Shown here piece after piece: positions 58,334-64,000 of a DNA stretch of 64,000 nt. Origin of the DNA: Clostridia bacterium (lineage in GTDB: Bacteria; Bacillota; Clostridia; Oscillospirales; CAG-382); contig JAFQKR010000086.1 in the NCBI GenBank assembly GCA_017396825.1, positions 8,930 through 72,929 on the forward strand. Reading direction: 5' to 3'. How positions within the stretch are numbered: position 1 is the stretch's first letter; each line of letters starts with the position of its first letter. The translations under genes and the position numbers were made by a program. The notes beneath the pieces are model-generated. The model did no database searches and was not told the DNA's origin. It saw nothing but the letters and a program-made list of their open reading frames with translations.

Positions 58334-60682
58334 ATGAAAAAGAAAAAAGTACTTAAAAAGGTCATAGTCATCGGTATAGTGCTTGCGCTTATCGCAGGTG
58401 TTGTTGCGCTTGTACTTAGCAGCGGTGACGATGCTGAGGAGATAAAACTTGCGGATATTCCCGTAATAAGCTTTTTCGGCATCACAGGGGACACTACTAC
58501 CGAGGCTGATATTATAGCAGTTGAGAGAGACCTTAACAACGTTCTCATTACTGAGGGCTACGCCGTTAAGCTTTTCCTCGCTCCTGAAGAAAGATTTGAT
58601 ACCATGGTTTCCTCTGCTATGGAAATGATGGATGCATACATGGAGAACAACAAGAAAAAGGCTGATGAAAAATACGGCTTTGAATACAAGTTTGACTATA
58701 AAACTTCCACTTTTGACTTTAAGTGTGATGAGTCTGCCGTAACTCCCAGCGTTGTTTACAATCAGGATACTATCATCGAACTCCTTGACGCGGGCACAGA
58801 AATATATCCTAACGTTCCTTCCATTGACGTACTTCTCGTTAGAGACTACGATAAGTATTATGATCTTGCAGGTGAGGGTGCGTTTGAAAGACTTAACGGT
58901 AGCCTTTCCGATGTAGCCAAGGCTCTCAATCAGTCTATTCCCGCAGCTTTCTTTGAAGCATTAAAGATAAACAACAGCGATATATTCGGCGTTCCCAGCG
59001 TTCAAATGGTTGGTGAATACGAGTATCTTGTTTTCGATAAGGATATGCTTGATAAGTACGAAGTATCCAGCAAGCAGCTTGTTACTGTTGACGATCTTGA
59101 CGGTTATCTTAAGACTGTAGCGGCAGATGAGGAGAATACTGCAATTCCTTTGCTTAACGCTCCTGTTTCTTCTCCTATAGAGCTTCTTGAGGGCAATTCC
59201 TTGGGTATCACCACAGAGGGCGCTATCCTTTTCGCTTATGACGAAACTCATTTCACCGAATATTACGCAACTATTGCTCGCTACCGTTCCCTTGGTCTTA
59301 TGGGTGAAGTAGGCGCTGACATTGAAAAGAGTGATTTTGCAGTTGCTTTCTTCCGCGGTACCGAAGCTGAAGCAAAGGCTCTTTCCGAAAAAACCGGTAA
59401 AAACCTTACCTACAACGTATTTTCTAAGCCTCTTGCAACCAGTGCTGAGGTTGGCGAAGCAGTGTTCTGCGTTTGCTCTACCAAACTTTACTCTGTAAAT
59501 GATGCAAAGCTTGGTATAGACTTCGTTACTCTTCTTAACAGACCTCAGAGCCAAACCGACATTAAGAACATACTTCTTTACGGTGCTCTCGGTATCAACT
59601 ACAACATTTCCGACGTAGACGGAACTGTTATTTACGCGAACGACAATACCTATGCCATGGATAATCTGTACACCGGTCACACTCTCCACGCGCTTGCTTC
59701 AAGCGATAAGGGCGTTAGCAAAGAGTGGATAGAGATGGTTCAGAAGCATAACCTTGACCTTGGCGTATCTAAGCTTTCCGGCTTTAAATTTGCCCCTAAG
59801 GTTTATAACTTTGAGAACAATAAAGGCGAATCCGTTAAGATAACCGGTCCCGATTATCTTGCTATTATCGACAGTGTTTGTAATGAGATTTATACCGACT
59901 ATATAAACGGCGTTTCTTGTGCAGTTGATATTGAAGAGTTCAACGGCAAGGTTGACGAACTCATTCGCGAGCGTATAAAGAAGAACATTAAGAGTGAATA
60001 CGAAACCTTGAAGGACGCTGAACTTAGCGTTACTATCGAAGAAGAGGTTCGCGCAGACGAGGCGTTTATGACACCCAAGCGTGAAGAAGCTTCCTCTACT
60101 GCAAACGCTCTTATCAAGGAAACCGTAAAGGCTCAGCTTGAATCTGAATTCAGAGCAAGTTATAAGAACCTTGGCGTTACTGACGAAACAGAAATTCAAA
60201 AGCGTCTCGCAAAGGACGTTACTGATGAGGTTATTCAACAGCGTATCGACAGAGACTACACCGAAGAAGATATAAATGTTGAGATTGAAGCAACTCTTAC
60301 CAAGTTCGTTTCTTCCGAGGTTACCGTAAGACTCGGTAACTACAAGCGTACCGATGAATACATAAACATGGTAAATGCATACGTTGCATCTGCTGAGTTC
60401 TCTGCAAGAGTTGAAGAAGAATTTGAAGCAAATCGTGACACTCAGTACTTCGTTCACCTTGACGAGGCTATTGCTGACAACGTATATAACTTTGGTGAAG
60501 AACTCAAGGAAAAGATAGCAAAGGCTTACGAAGAAGCAGTTGCAGCTTTCCTTGAAAGCCAGAAGGCTGATATTCCCGCTGCCGAGCTTGAAGACGCTAC
60601 CATCTTTGTTACCTTTGATGACGTTCTTATAAATATGTTCCAGAACCAGTACTACGGCCTCAAGGGCGAGCCTAAGGCATAA
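58334..60682 (+). CDS. Large N-terminally membrane-anchored extracytoplasmic protein of unknown function
   Basis: 782 aa. N-terminal KKKK plus one TM helix, then a long soluble part ending in a Glu-rich coiled-coil-like region. ATG 58334. Confidence 0.45.
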   Translation: MKKKKVLKKVIVIGIVLALIAGVVALVLSSGDDAEEIKLADIPVISFFGITGDTTTEADIIAVERDLNNVLITEGYAVKLFLAPEERFDTMVSSAMEMMDAYMENNKKKADEKYGFEYKFDYKTSTFDFKCDESAVTPSVVYNQDTIIELLDAGTEIYPNVPSIDVLLVRDYDKYYDLAGEGAFERLNGSLSDVAKALNQSIPAAFFEALKINNSDIFGVPSVQMVGEYEYLVFDKDMLDKYEVSSKQLVTVDDLDGYLKTVAADEENTAIPLLNAPVSSPIELLEGNSLGITTEGAILFAYDETHFTEYYATIARYRSLGLMGEVGADIEKSDFAVAFFRGTEAEAKALSEKTGKNLTYNVFSKPLATSAEVGEAVFCVCSTKLYSVNDAKLGIDFVTLLNRPQSQTDIKNILLYGALGINYNISDVDGTVIYANDNTYAMDNLYTGHTLHALASSDKGVSKEWIEMVQKHNLDLGVSKLSGFKFAPKVYNFENNKGESVKITGPDYLAIIDSVCNEIYTDYINGVSCAVDIEEFNGKVDELIRERIKKNIKSEYETLKDAELSVTIEEEVRADEAFMTPKREEASSTANALIKETVKAQLESEFRASYKNLGVTDETEIQKRLAKDVTDEVIQQRIDRDYTEEDINVEIEATLTKFVSSEVTVRLGNYKRTDEYINMVNAYVASAEFSARVEEEFEANRDTQYFVHLDEAIADNVYNFGEELKEKIAKAYEEAVAAFLESQKADIPAAELEDATIFVTFDDVLINMFQNQYYGLKGEPKA

Positions 60683-60688
60683 TAATTA

Positions 60689-60724
60689 CGTTTAAAAGAG
60701 GCTGTAAAAAACTTCGGTTTTTTA
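60689..60724. terminator. Palindrome GAGGCTGTAAAAAAC-ttcg-GTTTTTTACAGCCTC + U-tract (same family as 33902)
   Basis: 15-bp stem, followed by TTTTCTG. Confidence 0.65.
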
Positions 60725-60753
60725 CAGCCTCTTTTCTGACAAAGGAGAAAAGT

Positions 60754-61641
60754 ATGTTTGTAAATGCTATAGAAAAGGTAGGAGATTACACACGACCCTT
60801 TATATACATAGCGCGTAACTACGGTGAAACGATGGTAATGCCTCACTCAGCCACTATGTTTTTCGTTAACGACGAGGGGTATGCTGTTACCACAAGAGAG
60901 GTTGCAAAGATAATCCTTACGTCACAGAATATCAACGCAAAATACGCGCAGTTCAAACAAACCATAAAGCAGTTTCCAAATGATTCAAAGCGAGCCTCTT
61001 TGATAAAAAAGCAGGAAATGCTTTTTGGGTATTCCAAGGGCGTTACCGTTAATGTAAAATGCAATTTCAAAAGCTGTGTTTCTCCTATAACGGAGATAAC
61101 CTGTCACGTACATAAAAATTTTGATGTGGCTATCGTTCATTTCAAGGGTTTTGATAAAACTCATTATAAGGGGCACGCGGTTTTTGCCGACAACGCTAAT
61201 GCAGTAAAACCGGGGAAAATGCTTTGCCGTGTGGGCTTTCCTTTTCCCGAGGTTTCAGGGGCTATTTATAACGGTATTACTGACGACATTGAATGGGGCG
61301 ACCCAAACTCGGTAAACACACCACGTTTTCCTACCGAGGGAATGGTTACCCGCCATGTTGGCACCGCAGGCGAAGTTACGGGCATTGAACTAAGTACCGC
61401 CGGCATCAAGGGTCAAAACGGTTGCCCGCTTTTTGACGAAAACGGCGTTGTTTACGGTATGTATATAGAAACTCGCCGTCTAAGCATGGGGTATGCCTTT
61501 GATGAAAAAGGTATGCCTTGTAACGCGAGAGACACGCATCCTTCTTTCGTCCATATAGCTCATTGTTTAAGCGGCGATATTATTAAAAAATTCCTTGATG
61601 AAAACGGTGTTAAGTATTACACTGAAAGCGATATGGTTTAA
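60754..61641 (+). CDS. Trypsin-like peptidase-fold protein, probably catalytically inactive
   Basis: Trypsin_2-like order (..FFVNDEGYAVTTREV.., DVAIVHF, GQNGCPLFDENGVVYGM). The canonical His and Ser positions read Arg and Asn. Confidence 0.4.
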   Translation: MFVNAIEKVGDYTRPFIYIARNYGETMVMPHSATMFFVNDEGYAVTTREVAKIILTSQNINAKYAQFKQTIKQFPNDSKRASLIKKQEMLFGYSKGVTVNVKCNFKSCVSPITEITCHVHKNFDVAIVHFKGFDKTHYKGHAVFADNANAVKPGKMLCRVGFPFPEVSGAIYNGITDDIEWGDPNSVNTPRFPTEGMVTRHVGTAGEVTGIELSTAGIKGQNGCPLFDENGVVYGMYIETRRLSMGYAFDEKGMPCNARDTHPSFVHIAHCLSGDIIKKFLDENGVKYYTESDMV

Positions 61642-61643
61642 AA

Positions 61644-61690
61644 CAAAACAGCTTGACCAGTTTAAAGTCAAGCTGTTTTTTCTTATTTGT
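61644..61690. terminator. Bidirectional terminator
   Basis: ACAGCTTGAC-cagtttaaa-GTCAAGCTGT, then T5CTTATTTG. Confidence 0.7.
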
Positions 61691-62291
61691 CTATAGGGGC
61701 GTTTTTATGCTTGTAACGCAAACGTGACCAAAGTAGTATAATTATCTGCCCCGGTATACCAACAACGAACACAAGCCAAATATTGAAGCCAAATGGTAAA
61801 AACGTAAGGTACAGCGTGGAAATTGCCGTCCACATCAACAAGGATACTATCACAAAGTTAAGTCTGCGGTTGAACCAAACGCTGTTAAGCACCAACCATA
61901 CCACAAGGGAAATGGGTACAGCCCAAACAAAGGCAAGCCAATGACCGTTGGTGTCGGTAGAGTAGTCGATGATTACGAAAGCCACCGTTGCAATAAGCCA
62001 CACTAAAATAACGCTCATAAGTGTAATAAAGGTCTGGTTTTGTTTTTTTACCTTTCCGCTTGTTTTTGGCGCAGAGGAGTGATCCTTTTGAACGAGGTAG
62101 TCCAGAGTTACACCGAAAAGATCGGCTATTTCTTTAAGCACTCCTATTTCAGGAACAGATTCGCCTCTTTCCCATTTGGACACAGCCTTGTCTGAATAAT
62201 TAAGCTTTTCTCCAAGGCTTATCTGGGTGTATCCGTTCGCCTTTCGTAAATCAGTTATGTTTTTTGCAATTATCAATTTAATATCTTCCAT
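61683..62291 (-). CDS. XRE-family HTH regulator with a C-terminal multi-TM domain
   Basis: HTH_3 (...QISLGEKLNYSDKAVSKWERGE...), then about 4 TM helices. ATG 62291 after AGGAAGTGA. Confidence 0.7.
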   Translation of the reverse strand: MEDIKLIIAKNITDLRKANGYTQISLGEKLNYSDKAVSKWERGESVPEIGVLKEIADLFGVTLDYLVQKDHSSAPKTSGKVKKQNQTFITLMSVILVWLIATVAFVIIDYSTDTNGHWLAFVWAVPISLVVWLVLNSVWFNRRLNFVIVSLLMWTAISTLYLTFLPFGFNIWLVFVVGIPGQIIILLWSRLRYKHKNAPIDK

Positions 62292-62350
62292 AAACATCAC
62301 TTCCTGTGGTCGGTGTATAAATGTGAAAAAACCGCTTAAAATCAAGAGTT

Positions 62351-62400
62351 TCTACCATTGGTAGAGACGGTTTTTAAAACTCTACCAACGAGATTGGTAA
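62351..62400. promoter_or_regulatory. Two operator-like inverted repeats upstream of the XRE gene
   Basis: TCTACCA-t-TGGTAGA (62351-62365) and TACCAA-cgagat-TTGGTA (62383-62400) share the half-site TACCA/TGGTA. Confidence 0.4.
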
Positions 62401-62515
62401 CAGTATAGTTCCAAAAACAAGCGGTAGGTTTACTTTTGGCAACTGTTGGGGGTATAATAAACTTGCCGCAGGACGAGCGGCGAAAAAAGTTATACTATAG
62501 AGGGTGCTTACACTG

Positions 62516-63187
62516 ATGAAAAAACTTTTTATATTCGGCGACTCGATTTTAAAGGGCGTTACCTTTTCTGAAGAAGCAAACAGATATAAGATATGTCTTC
62601 CAAACTATAAGGATCTTTCTGAAAACGGAATCGAGGTAAACAACCTTTCCAAGATGGGCGCAACCATAGAATACGGCGAGCGTATACTTAAAGAAGAACT
62701 TTCAGGTATGGACAGTGAAAGTATAGTTCTTTTTGAGTATGGCGGAAACGATTGTGACCACAAATGGAAGGAGATATCTGACTCTCCCAAAGAAAACCAC
62801 ACCTGCAACACCGCCCCCGCTTTATTTGAAAGACTTTACGGTGCGTGTATGGAATACGCCCGTTCAGTCGGCGCACGTGTTTTGATATCAAATCTGCCTC
62901 CGTTGGACAGTGAAAAGTACATGAACTGGATCAGCCGCGGGCTTAACTACGACGTTATATTGGGGTGGCTGGGTGATACCAGTATGCTTTATCGTTGGCA
63001 CGAGAACTACAATAGGTTGGTTGAACGCATTGCGGATAAATTCGGTGCAGAACTTGTAGACTTGAGAGGAGCCTTCCTCACTGCACATAATTTTAAAACG
63101 CTGATAAGCGCCGATGGTATACATCCAACAGAGGACGGACACCGTCTCATAACCAAAACTCTGACCGATGCTGTTCTTGCTGAGTAG
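62516..63187 (+). CDS. SGNH/GDSL-family hydrolase
   Basis: N-terminal FIFGDSI block with catalytic Ser. C-terminal DGIHPT block. ATG 62516 after AGAGGGTG. Confidence 0.75.
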   Translation: MKKLFIFGDSILKGVTFSEEANRYKICLPNYKDLSENGIEVNNLSKMGATIEYGERILKEELSGMDSESIVLFEYGGNDCDHKWKEISDSPKENHTCNTAPALFERLYGACMEYARSVGARVLISNLPPLDSEKYMNWISRGLNYDVILGWLGDTSMLYRWHENYNRLVERIADKFGAELVDLRGAFLTAHNFKTLISADGIHPTEDGHRLITKTLTDAVLAE

Positions 63188-63235
63188 CACACTCATCATT
63201 ATATAATTTTTTAAGTGAATTTTCAATACCCAAAA

Positions 63236-63282
63236 TACAAAAAACTCATGCCGAGCTTAAAAGTCGGCATGAGTTTTTTTGT
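63236..63282. terminator. Bidirectional terminator
   Basis: CTCATGCCGA-gcttaaaag-TCGGCATGAG flanked by A6 and T7. Confidence 0.7.
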
Positions 63283-63686
63283 TATGCGTTATGCGAAAAT
63301 TTGGCAAAAACAGCAGTAAGGGCATTCACGGCGGATTCAAAGCCTTCGGGCAAACCGTGCATATTATTTGCCTCAAAGGTTCTTCCGTCAGGAAAAACAC
63401 CTTCTCCGTTGAATACCTCAAGGTTGATCTCGGAAGCAAAACGGTTGAAAAGCTTGTAGGCTTTCCATTCAAAAATTCCCGTTTCTTCTGCAACGGCAGC
63501 AAGTGCGTTCCAAAAAGCCTCTGTTACCGAAAGGTTTTCAATAACATGGTGCTCTCCGTTTTCGTCATACCACTCGGCGTTTGCAAGTCCGTTTTTTGCA
63601 GATAGAGAAACGCATTTTTCCGAAGACGAGCAGCCGAAGTTAAAAACAAAGTATGGTGCGTTTTCTGTATTCTTTTTAAAAAACAT
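63282..63686 (-). CDS. Hypothetical protein
   Basis: 134 aa, no motif recognized. A good ORF with a terminator downstream. Confidence 0.4.
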   Translation of the reverse strand: MFFKKNTENAPYFVFNFGCSSSEKCVSLSAKNGLANAEWYDENGEHHVIENLSVTEAFWNALAAVAEETGIFEWKAYKLFNRFASEINLEVFNGEGVFPDGRTFEANNMHGLPEGFESAVNALTAVFAKFSHNA

Positions 63687-63689
63687 AAA

Positions 63690-64000
63690 TTACTCCTTTA
63701 TAAGTGAGCCGATTTTGTCGGTAACGTTTGATATGACTAAAATACTTTGTCCGTTGCCGTATTTTCCGCCTGCACTGCCATAGTAGTGGATGGTAAGCAT
63801 ATAGATGCTGTCACCGTTTGTGTAATAATAACAGTAAGCGCGGCCCGCGAAACGAATATCAATTTTTGCCTCCTCAAAGGTTATAAGCTTGACGGGTGTC
63901 AGCGGGTCCATGGCGTTATAAACGGTACAGCCCCTTTCAGTCAGGGATTCAAAAATCTGCTTTGCAAGGCTGTTTATTTCTACAAACTCACAGCCTTTAA
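63690..64000 (-). CDS. Hypothetical protein (5' partial; frame open to window end)
   Basis: The frame continues without a stop to base 64000. The stop lies 3 nt before the next gene's start. Confidence 0.35.
   Translation of the reverse strand, partial: KGCEFVEINSLAKQIFESLTERGCTVYNAMDPLTPVKLITFEEAKIDIRFAGRAYCYYYTNGDSIYMLTIHYYGSAGGKYGNGQSILVISNVTDKIGSLIKE

Noticed and set aside
58961-60457. Minus-strand ORFs 58961..59689 and 59699..60457
   Set aside because: Antisense to the 782-aa plus-strand gene. No start context.
1-64000. CRISPR arrays, tRNA or rRNA genes, transposases, integrases, phage genes, toxin-antitoxin or restriction-modification systems
   Set aside because: No direct-repeat/spacer arrays. 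No cloverleaf-compatible 70-90-nt segments in the few long intergenic regions. No recombinase or nuclease signatures in any frame. The window looks like core chromosome plus metabolic and surface accessory genes.

Overview
This is a Firmicutes (Clostridia-like) chromosomal window of roughly 45% GC. Two dockerin-bearing proteins suggest a cellulosome-producing Ruminococcus-type organism.

The core is a complete, syntenic S10-spc-alpha ribosomal protein supercluster at 5.67-21.0 kb. It runs rpsJ-rplC-rplD-rplW-rplB-rpsS-rplV-rpsC-rplP-rpmC-rpsQ-rplN-rplX-rplE-rpsZ-rpsH-rplF-rplR-rpsE-rpmD-rplO-secY-adk-map-KOW-infA-rpmJ-rpsM-rpsK-rpsD-rpoA-rplQ. It is driven by a consensus sigma-A promoter with a 185-nt leader and closed by a rho-independent terminator.

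Upstream lie a 5'-truncated BspA-type leucine-rich-repeat giant surface protein and a convergent phosphohexomutase. Downstream is a mixed housekeeping and accessory region. It includes an FMN riboswitch controlling an ECF riboflavin S-component, an AI-2E transporter, a nagB and PfkB-kinase pair, and two divergent acyl-CoA ligase / MerR-like (DUF1836-like) pairs. One of these pairs leads an nfeD-flotillin operon. Further on are an orphan Na+-decarboxylase beta subunit with a small acidic membrane protein, a multidomain dockerin-bearing peptidoglycan amidase, and a PiT/DUF47 phosphate module next to a CNNM transporter. A candidate yybP-ykoY (Mn2+) riboswitch sits in front of a P-type ATPase. The window ends with murC, spoVG, rubrerythrin, a GNAT acetyltransferase, a large membrane-anchored protein with a pseudo-protease neighbour, an XRE regulator and an SGNH hydrolase.

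No rRNA, tRNA, CRISPR array, transposase or integrase was seen. Non-coding structure worth a second look includes a recurring palindromic terminator family and a duplicated 28-nt hairpin bracketing a non-coding island at 54.6-54.9 kb. infA lacks a canonical start codon, and L24 carries a C4 zinc ribbon.
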